Origin: Paraspadella gotoi
Taxonomy: Eukaryota; Animalia; Chaetognatha
Length of the DNA: 64,000 bases
Direction of reading: 5' to 3'
NCBI GenBank assembly: GCA_051294375.1
Contig: CM119264.1
Location: forward strand, 4,677,352-4,741,351
The translations under genes were made by a program, and so were the position numbers. Of this stretch, positions 53,301 through 64,000 are shown in pieces (within the stretch, counting starts at the first letter, position 1; each line of letters starts with the position of its first letter). The notes under the pieces were generated by a model. That model was given only the letters and a program-made list of their open reading frames with translations, was not told where the DNA came from and made no database searches.

Positions 53301-53581
53301 AAAGATGGCGGGGGATGATTAAAGTTATATCTGTTTTCGACCTTTTCTCGGAAAAGTCGACGCACCTTTTCTCAGAAACGAACCCGGTCGCCGCTTCTTC
53401 GCTTCTTTCCCGCAAAAACCGTTGGCGTAGGGATTTCTTGAGCCTAATTTTAACAACAACGACAACAAGCTAAATGTAAAGCCGACAAAAAGTCCTCGTG
53501 ATTTTCGGCAAAACTCAAACTGGCTAACTTACCCGGGGAAAGGCTTTGAATCCACTGCCAGTTGATCAGACATAATCTCAT
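50354..53581 (-). CDS. klu: Klumpfuss-like (EGR/WT1-related) C2H2 zinc-finger transcription factor
   Basis: Exons 51003-51101, 50829-50924, 50710-50758 and 50354-50643 splice in frame to [79 protein letters not shown], matching the remembered Klu fingers ([24 protein letters not shown]). Upstream exons at ~51211-51345, 53171-53227 (EPLDLT), ~53366-53443 and ~53532-53581. The 5' end may extend to ~55600. Confidence 0.85.
51890..52625. other. Assembly artefact: ~360 bp duplicated exactly on either side of a 10-N gap
   Basis: 51890-52251 reads the same as 52262-52625 ('tttttcatttttttctgccggtg...gccagtgactggagg'). Confidence 0.88.
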
Positions 53582-54939
53582 CTAGAGAAAAAAAATGCGC
53601 AAAATCGACGTTCGATCGATAAAAAGTTTCCGAGAGATGACGTCGCTTCAAGATCGAGTTTAAATTCAACCGCCGAAAAACGATGACGACGACGACGACG
53701 CGAAACTTCGCGACTTACGCGTTGTTCGATTCCGACGCCGGTTTTGACGTCAGCGCGACGACGTCACGAGGTAAGTTGAAATCTCGGCCGCCGACGCAAA
53801 AAAAAAAAAAAAAAAAACCAGGATGAAGATCGTCTCGCGCGATTCGCGTCTCCCGACAATCGCGTCACGTCGCCCGCAGCGATCGCGTCGTCCGCCCACG
53901 GAAGACGACATCCACGCATTTTCCCAGATTCGCGAGGCGTCTTGCGTCATCGCGGAGTGGGCGGAAGGAATTTACGAAGGTCGCCCGGGATGCGATGACG
54001 CTGTACGTTCGTGCGCGAGCGCATTAAAGTGCGTTTAAACTGGAGATATCATTACCTGGGCGCGTTAGTACGTTTGCAGATGATTGAGTGCATAAGACGA
54101 AGCGTGGACGCATTAATATGTGTCTGCGTCCGTGTGTGAACGTGCGCCATGTGTGTCGGCGCATGTCGGTGAGTGTGTGGAAAGTGTAATTGTTGCAGAT
54201 TATGTTAGGTAATTTCCTGCCCAATCGTTTACTGTTTAAATTTAAATACATTACATAAATAAGATTTGAAGAAAACCGAGAGCTCGGGGATCGAGCCGAA
54301 GACCTCCCAAGTTCGTAGTTTACTCTCAATTCATAAATCGGACGCGTGAGCAAATATATATTCGAAGGTCAGTCTCGACTTTTACCTTTACTCTTCCCAC
54401 TGCTGCATATATTCTACTCTCAACACTCGACACGCAACAGCCTTCGAAAAATTATTCCGCGAATTATTTGTCGGTGAAGGAAACGTGAATTTGTTTACTT
54501 CGTTATGCAATTTCTAGGCAACCGACGCCTTTAGTGATGATAATAATAATCGGGGAAAAAAATAACCCAAGTAATGGCATTTCCGAGTTGTTGCGCGGCA
54601 TCGAATTATATTGTAAATATATATATTAAAAATATATTATAGAAAACGGTTTTCAGATATTGTATTAAATTTACTTTATATTACTAAATAATTTCTTATT
54701 AATTCATTGATAAAAAATAATTTAAAATTACCCGAGGTATTAGAACTAAAAAAATAAGTCAGATATCAAGGACCGACCAACTGAAAAAAAAACACTTATG
54801 GAATTGCTTCGCGATTCCTCGCGACGCAACTAAAAAACACAAACGGTAACAACGAAGTTTACTTCCTCCTCCACGACTTCTTCCTTCTCCTCCTCCTCCT
54901 CCTCCTCCTCCCAGGACTCACTTACCTTCTCGGTCTCAA

Positions 54940-55170
54940 CTTTGTCCGCCCCCGCCCCTTAAAGAGGAGACCGCCCCCGCCGCCAATCGCCGCCCCCCCT
55001 AATCGCTCGCGCCCTCATTACCATTCTCGCCCGCTCGGCCGCCCTATCTTCCGCCCCCTCGCGGCCGCGCCCCCTGGTCGGCTCGGGCAACGAGCTTTTT
55101 TACCTGGCGGCGGCGGTGGCGGTGGCGTCGGCGCCGTGGGCGGACGGTCGCGCCCCGTCGGGCCTGTGGC
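54940..55170. promoter_or_regulatory. GC/CpG-rich island with GC-box motifs, likely the 5' region or 5' exons of the minus-strand klu-like gene
   Basis: Multiple CCGCCC motifs in AT-rich surroundings, and minus-strand donor sites (cttacc at ~54921, ttacc at ~55100). Confidence 0.35.
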
Positions 55171-56201
55171 AATTTTTTTTTTTTAACATAACCAATTTAT
55201 TTTTTGTAATGTCATTTATGTTAATTTGAAATTTTTTTAAAATTATATATAATTGAAATTAAAATGTTATATATTTTTATATAATCTTTAGCTAATTTTT
55301 CCAAAGATTTTAATTTTTCACAGCTAACCTAAAAAAAAATTAAATCAATATTATTTGATTTTTTTAAAATGAATTCTGAAATTTAGATTTATAATGACAA
55401 TTTAATAAGTTAAAACTAAGCATTAAACACCGCGACGTTGTGGATCATGCGGCTCTACTTTTTCCCGACGAACTTTACCTCCGTGTCCGGACTAACCTGA
55501 CGCCGCCACGAATTCGGGGGCGGGAGTCGGCGGCGTCGGCGGAGCAGCGGCGGCGACGCCGGCGCGTTATGCTAACTGGCGCGGGGACTCGAGTCACCCG
55601 AAGGGTCGCGAACTCGAGGCTAAATTTAGCCTTTAGCTCCTTAATAATAATAACATCTATTATATTTTTTACCGTCGTTTCGAAGGGAAAAGTCGACTCA
55701 GGAAAAAACGAAACGTTTCCTCTTAAGTGTTTTGTTTACGACCCTAACAAAAATTACGTTTTCTCAAACTTGGATTTGTTTTTTGTTGTTTTTTTTTCGC
55801 TACTGGTTTGGTGAGGTTTAATCCTCTCCGCACGCATTATCAAAATTTAAAGCGACACGAAATATAAAAGGTAATAATGATTTTAATTAGTAGTAATAAT
55901 CATTGAGGTACAATGGGTTTGTTTTGTTATTATTTGTGATTCTTATCCCTTCTTCTTTACTGACATAGTGACCTGAATCCTATCAGAAACAAAAATTGTA
56001 ATCATAGCGTAGAAATGATTATACTGTCGCTTCTTCTATTCGCTTTATTACGAATTGAAAATTTTAAATACATTTCATTTTAAACTAAAGCTAAGTAAAT
56101 ATTGCGAAACGCTTTAACAAAACGCCTCGAGGTTCTATTATCTATAATAACGTTAAAAATCAATAAACGGGGCGAAAAAAAAATAAAAACCTACATATAC
56201 A

Positions 56202-57659
56202 TCATCGCAAAATCCCGCCCGAATTCCCCGTGTTGTAATTGCAAAAGACCCGCGAATAGTTTTCGTAAATGACGGTGACGGATCCACCCAGAGTCTCCCC
56301 CGTCGCCGTCACCTCGAGACGCATGAAGAACTGATGGACGCGGTCCCTCGGGTCCTTGCAAAACAAGACGTAGACCTCGAGACTGGTGCCGATCGTGATG
56401 CGGACCTTATCCGGCACTACCACGGTCCCGCGGATCGGCACCGTCAGCTTGGTGGAGTTGGTAGAGAGCGCCACCTGGACGCCGGAGAGAGTCACTGCCA
56501 CCGTGAGGGAGCGGAGATGAATCGGGTAAAAGTCGTGATTCTGAATCACGTAGACGGGTTGGACCATGAAGCTGGCTTTATCGTCGCTGAGATCGGAGGA
56601 GCCTTTCAGGGGGATGAGGGAGGCTTTCTGGGGTGAGGTAGGGGGGGGGTTGGAGCGAGGGGGTGGGATGGGTGGATCAAACTGGATCATTTATGTTTAT
56701 GATAATTGTACAATCAATATAAAATTTATCCGTTCAATAACTATTTTTCTTTCTCTTGACTTTGAACGGGCTGTACTGGTTTAAGACCAGTATCTTTCAA
56801 TCATGACTCTCCGATAGTTAGTTTATTCATAAAGAGTAACTGACAATGAAAAATTTTGATATTTTAACATATAACATATAACATTATAAGTTAAATAAAC
56901 AAACAAAAAACTCACGGGATCCTTGAGATAAATCTGGAATTGTCTCGGGTAAAGGAAGAAGAAGATGAGTAAACCCAGAGCAGCGGAGACAATGATCGAA
57001 GCTAAGATGATTTTCCCTTTGTTGTCTGGCTTGAGGCGGTCGTCGTCTGAGAACAACAACAACGATTAGAGGTCGGTCAGTCTGTCTGCCTCTCTCTCTC
57101 TCTCATTACCATGCGGAATGGGAGCGATGGTGTTCCCAGCGATATCCTTTCTGATCTTGCCCTTTCCATTGCAAGAAGGACAAAGGTGAGACTCGGATCC
57201 GTTTTCCGAAGAAGGCCATCGTGGGTGAGCGGATTTGGCCCAGACGGCCGGGAGTGACATGGAGCGACCTGGACGGAGCGAGTTCGGGTTCCCTCTTGTT
57301 AATATAATTGTGCATGAAATACAAGATACTGATCAATAAAAGGATTATCAATCTGTTAAATAAACAATCTATCTTGCCTTCATTTTTTTTTACAATATCA
57401 CTACGTAACAAAACTTTGCAAGCTTTCAATCTCGAATATATAATTATGAGTATATAACGTATTATTTTTTTTTTTAGTTAATCGTAAAAATTTGTATAAA
57501 TGACCACTCAGGCACAAGCAATAAAATACTAGCATCGATTTTTAAAAAAAAATGTTGTTCATAATAATTTAAAATTTCACATCAGACAGAAATCTATGTT
57601 TTCAATCTACTTCGGCATCGTCGGCTGCACTTACCAAACGTCCCGAAGTAACTCGTCAT
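56202..57659 (-). CDS. TMEM106: TMEM106-family lysosomal type II membrane protein
   Basis: Exons 57110-57268 (LCPSCNGKGKIR...IAPIPH), 56916-57046 (DDDRLKP, TM IILASIIVSAALGLLIFFFLYPR) and 56202-56627 (lumenal QNHDFYPI...) are phase-consistent. They match the TMEM106B motifs CPTCQGTGRI, IPYSDQRLRP and FFLFPR. First exon (~57635-57659) is tentative. Confidence 0.85.
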
Positions 57660-58008
57660 CTCTGGCGTCGGAGGGGAAGTTGTCAGCGGCGTCAGCGGCG
57701 TCAACCTTAGTCGTTCATTCGCGTCATTAAAATTATAATTTTATATAATTAAATTGGGAAATTAAGAAAAATATCAAAATGGAGGACGAGGAGTTGTTTC
57801 CTTGGCATTGGTTTCGTCAACTTGTTCGACCAGACGGCGAGAAACCGCCAAACCGGTCTTTTCGACGACGACGACGACGACGACGACGACGTCGAAGAAG
57901 AAGCACCAGTATTTCAAAATCCAAACGGTTGCTGCTTTTTGTGGATTCGTCCCTTGTCGCTTGTCCAAGGTCAAGGAATATGAAGAGAGAGAGAGAGAGA
58001 GAAGAGAG

Positions 58009-58063
<55 letters not shown>

Positions 58064-58693
58064 GTCCTTGATTTTTTTTTAAATTGCTTACCAAGGTAAC
58101 GAAATTGGAATAATCTGGAAAAGGGATCGGATGTCATTGAGAGCAAGGGATATTTTTTTACTAAAAAGAAAAATCTGAAAGAATCAAAGATTTAGAAAAA
58201 AGAAAAACGAGTGGGTGGTGATTTTCGATTTCGACAAAAAAGTCGAATGTGATTTCCTAGAAATTGACTCCCTAGAAAGTTCAATTTCTTGCTCTATTTA
58301 TTTTCCCGCGCTCATTTATGAGAAAAAACTATAAACATCTATCAATATTATTTAGCTTTCTCTTTATTGAAGGCCAAAATAACAAGTGACTAGTGTCATG
58401 TGCATTATGAAAAACGCTGGATTTAATCGAGAAAGAAAATCAGGATCGTACAGCTCACAAGAAATAAGCAGTGTGGATTTACTGGTCAATAGAACAGAAA
58501 ATAAATTGTGCAGTGACATAAAAAATAAGATCATAAAAAAATGACAAAAAAAACCGACTAAAATATCGTAGTATCTCTTTAACTTCTTACTTTCCATTTT
58601 CTCTTTCTCCTCCATTCTAATCTTCACCTCTAATTTCCACCTCCCTTTCTTCTCCCAACTTCCTCCCACTTATCTCCTTCTCCCTCTCCTCCC

Positions 58694-59565
58694 TCACTTC
58701 CCCCTCATCATCTTCGCGAATTCCTTATAATCTATTGTCCCATCTCCATCCGCGTCTGCTTCCCTCACCATCTCTTCCACCTCCTTGTCCGACATCTTTT
58801 CCCCCAGGGATTCCATCGCTTTCCTCAGTTCGTCGACGGTGATGACTCCGTTTCCGTCGGCGTCGAATTGACGGAATATTTCCATCATTTCCTCGTCCAC
58901 CTCCTCCTCTTCCTCCTCCTCTTCCTCATCCTCCGTCAGTTCGAGTTTAGACATTAAAATGGAAAATTCTTCGAAATCGAGATATCCGTTTCCGTCGACA
59001 TCGACTGGAATCAAATCGATCAATCAATCAATTGCTTTATTCAAATCTTCAACTGACAATTACGGTCATAGTTACGTGGCACACGGTAAAACAATTTATA
59101 TAAAACGAGAACCGGTAAGTTCGAAGCTTGCGCTCGCATTTTAAGATCATCACGTGACTACATAAGTATGACTCATGAGCATATTGCACGATAAGCGTCT
59201 TATGATTTATAACTGTATTATTCAATGTTAAATGTTACGTAAGTAAAACAACCAAACGAAATATGACGTGTTTACTTTTTGATGACTCGCGGCTTCCTTT
59301 CGATCGAGACATAGAGTACGATGGCGCCATTAGTTGACGAACTTATAATATCGAGAACTACAGATTAGTCTGTTTTGTCAGTCTCTCTCTTTCTCTCACC
59401 CTGATTGATCATGTCCTCCAACTCCTCGTCGGTGGCCTCTTGACCCAAGGACCTCATGACCGTCTTCAACTCTTTCGTGGTGACGACGCCGTCTCCATCC
59501 TGATCGAAAATTTCAAAGGCTTCGCGGAATTCCTCGAGTCGATCGTCCGTGATGCTTTTCGCCAT
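58694..59565 (-). CDS. Calmodulin-like protein 1 (4 EF-hands, ~158 aa)
   Basis: Exons 59400-59565 and 58694-59004 with a phase-1 intron. EF loops [36 protein letters not shown] and [12 protein letters not shown]; EEFREAF and VMRSLGQ as in CaM. Confidence 0.92.
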
Positions 59566-60132
59566 CGTTTGGGAAAATTCGATGTTTCTTTGTTTCTTTT
59601 TTTTTTTCTATTCTTTTGTTGAATTTGTTTATAGTTTCAAATAAACGATCAGAAATAGGCTCGTTACGGCGTGACTTTCCCTTCGGATTCGAAAAAGGAT
59701 TTGAAAATAATATAAATAATATAATATGAATCGATTAAATTATGTCAAAAAAAGAATTAAAAACAGGCGTAATAAGATTCTTCTTAATTTTTGTCATTCC
59801 ACTTCAAAGCAAGGCAGGTTCCTCAGCAAGAAAAAATAACAGGTTTTTCTTTTTTTTTTAGTTCGGGGAGGTAATAGTCACGATGGAATAAAAAGACCAA
59901 ATAAAAATTGAAAATTTCTATTCTACGGCGAAACAGACCTACATATTTTACGGTGTAAATTATTCTTTGTTATTCCACGTAATGCCACATTTTAAACCTC
60001 TATTATTCATTTTTTAAACCTTTTTTAAACCCAAACAAAGACTTTCCTATACAATTTTAAAGCGAAACCAACATATTCATACGCCGCACCGATTGACTGG
60101 CCAGTCATTTTGGCCTCTCTCTCTCTCTCCCT

Positions 60133-60175
<43 letters not shown>

Positions 60176-60780
60176 CAACTTTCTTTTTGCCTTCTTTACT
60201 TCTTCTATTTTCCACTTCCACTACCACAATTAAAATATAAAAACAAAATAAACCATTTATTATATACAAAAACGGATACAAACACAAAAAATTTAAAATT
60301 CACGTGCAAAATAACACGATCGTAAAATTAAGGGCATCAAGAGTCAGTTTCTGCATCGAACTTCGTATTTTCCTTTCGTCAAATCAAAATAAATCGTCTT
60401 CAAAAAAAAATCTCCTCCTTTTTCTCTCGCGCGAATCACATCTTATTCTTCCGTCACAATTTGATTCTTTTCTCTTCAACTTCATATCAATTATATCTAA
60501 TCCCTGACTACACTTAATCACTATCATATCCTACTTTTTCTCCACCCTAAACCTCCTCCTAGTATATTTCTTAAACTCCCTCATTCCTTTTTGGTCTATC
60601 CTTTTGGGTCTATCCTTTCTTCACTCTTTCTTCCCTCACTCTCTCTCCATCTTGTCCTCAACTTTTCTCTCTTTCATCACCCCATTTTCTCCGCATTTAG
60701 TTCTCAGCACCTCCATATTCCATCCTCTCCCTTCCTCCCCTCAATAATTTTTTAATTCATTTTCCTCTATCTCTTCCCCA

Positions 60781-61080
60781 CCTTATTTCCGACCCTGGCG
60801 CCCAAACGCCCTTCCCTTTCCGACCCTGGCGCCCAAACACCCTTCCCCCGCCCCGCTCACTTCCCCTCATCATTCTCTTAAACTCTTCAAAGTTGATCCC
60901 ACCTTATTCCGACCCTGGCGCCCAAACGCCCTTCCCCCGCCCGCTCACTTCCCCTCATCATTCTCTTAAACTCTTCAAAGTTGATCCCACCTTATTTCCG
61001 ACCCTGGCGCCCAAACACCTTCCCCGCCCCGCTCACTTCCCCCTCATCATCCTCTTAAACTCTTCAAAGTTGATCCCACC
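60781..61080 (-). repeat. Tandem ~90-bp repeats duplicating the last ~15 codons, stop and proximal 3'UTR of calmodulin-like 2
   Basis: 'ttccgaccctggcgcccaaac.cccttcccc...gctcacttcccctcatcattctcttaaactcttcaaagttgatcccacc' occurs three times (the last overlaps the CDS), plus a partial unit at 60781-60818. Confidence 0.88.
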
Positions 61081-62329
61081 GTCTCCGTCTTCGTCGGCCT
61101 CCGAGATCATCTCCTCAACCTCCTCGTCGGACATCCTCTGTCCGAGACTCTCCATGACGCCGCGGAGTTCGTCGACGGTGATGACGCCGTTGCCGTCGAC
61201 GTCGAATTGACGGAAAATTTGACGCATCTCGTCGTCGTCGTCCTTTTCGTCTTCGTCGTCGTCGGGTCGTCGTCGCGTCATCATCGCGACGAATTCGTCG
61301 AAATCTAAGAAGCCGTTGCCGTCAACGTCGACTGGGAAGAAGAAATCGATCGAATCAATCAAATCAATTGAGCAATGGATAAATAGATGAATATATAAAT
61401 GAAAAGAATAACAAAATCAATAGAGAAATAAAAAAAATTAAGAAATCGATTAATCTATCAAATATAAATTCTTTCACGTCACACCGACTGTTAGGAGGTA
61501 TTAACAGTAAAGAAACCATAAGGGCCTTATTAAGGCTGTGCCGATCATTGGCATAGACGAGAAAAAAAGAAAGATAAAAAGAAACTGCGTCAAAGATCGT
61601 AACAAACTACGGATTTATTTTAAAAACGAAAAAAAAACTGTAAAACAAAAACAAGAGATTAATCAAGAAATCATCGAGGTGATTAAACTCCAAAAAGACA
61701 AGAGAGCAACGCAAGAATCAACATATAAATTCAAAATTAAGCGAGAATTTTGATCATTAATCTCAGTTTAAATTTTATGAGAAAATTTCTTCTGAAATAT
61801 TAGTCAGTCGAGCACCAAGAAATCAAAAATGTTTTTTTTCAAAAAAGTTTGTATCGTTTCCTTTCTTTTCGTTGTTATATAGATTAGATTTACAAAGTTT
61901 CAATGCAAATAAAAATTCTGCAACTTTGTAAATCTAAAAAAAATGTTATATTGCGTATTTCACTTTCCTGAGCTGACGAGGGCGCAGATTCAAACTTCAT
62001 GCTCCATCTCCGATAAGTCTCATTGTCTCGTATTCACAATCTCAGTTTTATTGACTTCATTTTTTGAGGGCTTTTTTCACGTCTTTCACCTGTGTCCGAT
62101 TTATCACTTCAGCGTCTTCTTACCATGCTTTTGGCTTTATCACCTCTTTCAACGCCATCTCACCTTGCTTTATCATCTCCTTCAATTCGTCGTCCGTTGC
62201 CTCTTGACCCAAAGATCGCATGACGATCTCCAATTCCTTGGAGGTGATGACGCCGTCGCCATCGCGATCGAAGACGGAGAAGGCTTCGCGGAATTCCTCG
62301 AGTCGTTCGTCCGTGACGCCCTTCTCCAT
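61033..62329 (-). CDS. Calmodulin-like protein 2 (4 EF-hands, ~154 aa)
   Basis: Exons 62164-62329 and 61033-61331, same intron position and phase as paralog 1. EF loops [36 protein letters not shown] and [12 protein letters not shown]. Confidence 0.92.
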
Positions 62330-63258
62330 CGTCGCGTCGTTTTCGACTTGTCTTTTGTTTTTATCGCTTTGTTTTCCTTTTTTGATGTTTTTTTTTTCAC
62401 CAAACGTTATGTTTTGTTGGCGAATTAATTAAGAAAGAGAATTTTACATTTTAGTTACATGTTTTTTTATATTAATATACGTAGACGTAGAATATTTTTT
62501 CAGTAATAACGAGACGCTACTGAGAAGGGAAAGATCGATATTTTTTTTTATCCTGTTATCGTGGGAGAGAAACGAGCGAAAGGGAAAGATGAAAATTCTT
62601 CTTAGAATTTGAAAAAAGTTAAAAAAAAAAAAAAACAATAGCAGTGGCGCTTTATACCTCCGATCCCGAGACCGTCTCAAAAGATCGATGCTTAATACGT
62701 TACACAAGCTCACGAAAATTCGTCTCAAAATGTTGATCTAAGACTAATCGAAGTATATCGAGCGATGGGTTCGTTAATGTAGTTTATATATCGAATCGGG
62801 TTTACGTTTTGACCGATCTTTTCTCGCCATTTACCCCCCCCACTTTTTTTTTCTCATTCACATTCTAGATAAAATGTTGATCGACCCATCAGTAAAGTAT
62901 TTTTATTTCAGTCGAGCCCTGGCGTATCCAGATAAGGCCTAAGGAATTAAATTAAAACATTTACGTTTGTTGATATATTTTAACATCGTTTTTTCTTCAG
63001 GAGAAACAGTAATGGAAAATGTATTTCTACGTAAACACTGAAAAATAAATATTCATTTTTAATTTCTTTTCCGATTGAGAGCAGTAGTTTTTAAATAATT
63101 GTTTATTTTTTCATAGCTATCGCTTTACAAACAAAACAGTTCAAACTTGTTTATATGACGCTCACCAAAAGTCTCATTTTTCTCACGAATGTTTATCAAA
63201 AGTCCCATTCTGCTTCTTTCTTTGGTTTTTGTTTTGTTTTGTTTTTTTTTCCCACGGA

Positions 63259-63762
63259 TCAAGGACACAACAACTCGTCGAGAAAGTCAGAAACGATATT
63301 CGCCTTCGGAACAAAGAAATCATACGTAAAAATACACTAACTCTCTTTCCCGTGCCCACGATTGAAACTCACCTTTTTCTTAAGTAAGTGCTTGTACCGA
63401 CCGTCGGCGGCGAGGTAGTCTTCGGGCGCGTCGAGCGCGTAAGTCTTGATCCAATCCCGAAGATCGTCTTAACAAAAATTAATTAATATTTAAGAATTAA
63501 TCGTCACATTATTAATGTCACGCCACCCCTTTTTTGCCCCAAACCGTCGACGCGATTGAAGAGGACGCGGCATCCCCACGACACTAGCGCCATCGGTCGC
63601 GCGGCCGAAAGACGACGCGAGGGGGTGATCACGTGGCGTCTCAGACATCCGGTGACGAGTTGGCGCAGACGCTCGACTTCATCAGGGTCGGCGCAAGGGT
63701 GGTACAGGGCGACGATGCCGCCGTGTTCGAGGCTGTGGATCCATCGCTGGGGAGGAATGTAC
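63259..63762 (-). CDS. TP53I13-like / DUF3105-domain protein, last three exons (gene continues beyond the window)
   Basis: Exons 63545-63762, 63373-63467 and 63259-63303 splice in phase: YIPPQRWIHSLEHGGIVALYHPCADP...CLRRHVITP...PMALVSWGC...DWIKTYALDAPE...DGRY...ANIVSDFLDELLCP*. The H.LEHG.I..LYHPC motif is typical of DUF3105/TP53I13. Not in the ORF track. Confidence 0.8.
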
Positions 63763-63819
63763 CTTGCGTTGGACGGGGTGGGGGGAGGTTGTAGATCATA
63801 GGGTGCGGTTGAAATATTT

Positions 63820-64000
63820 TAGCCGCGTAACTTAGCTCAACTTGCAGACAGACCCTCAGTGACCGCCTCCTCTCACAGGCATGTTTAGACCGGATCCGTC
63901 ACATTTAAGCCAGAACCGGGATACCCAGGGATTGAACCCGGGAGGCACGGTTGTAACAGCCATTGAAACGAGGCTGAGGAAGGACAGCAGTGAGGCAGCT
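63820..64000 (-). repeat. Dispersed structured element with B-box-like GGTTCAATCC (SINE-like), related to 39990-40110
   Basis: Minus strand reads gctgcctcactgctgtccttcctcagcctc...cccgggttcaatccctggg...ttaaatgtgacgg...gaggaggcggtcactgagggtc. Confidence 0.5.

Noticed and set aside
63905-63990. tRNA gene on the minus strand (GGTTCAATCC)
   Set aside because: No A-box/D-arm or cloverleaf could be built; the sequence matches a dispersed repeat at 39990.

Overview
Eukaryotic (animal, invertebrate-looking) genomic DNA from a draft assembly: AT-rich spliced genes, abundant (GA)n/(CT)n and (GAC)n microsatellites, and three N-gaps (8422, 30387, 52252). No prokaryotic operons, rRNA, tRNA or CRISPR array. 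The first ~38 kb is redundant and indel-riddled. Segment Y (7-8421) recurs at 29810-37805, and segment X (12694-20373) recurs at 20503-29401, most likely uncollapsed haplotypes or reads. The underlying gene order appears to be: UQCC1/Cbp3-like (+, tentative), unknown single-TM gene (+, tentative), two-pore K+ channel of TWIK type (+), long-form PDE4 (+, 15 phase-consistent exons), klumpfuss-like C2H2 factor (-), TMEM106-like (-), two tandem divergent calmodulin-like genes (-), and the 3' part of a TP53I13/DUF3105-like gene (-). The most unusual structure is a ~2.2-kb intronic array in PDE4 made of about 15 copies of the hairpin-forming 3' end of the metal-binding exon plus its 5' splice site, separated by GA microsatellite. 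A similar exon-end amplification follows the stop codon of one calmodulin-like gene. Several small non-autonomous repeats (Helentron/DINE-1-like, Nin/Deu-SINE-like and unclassified structured elements) are present. Homology calls are from remembered family motifs; no database search was run. Most long ORFs in the supplied track are microsatellite artefacts.
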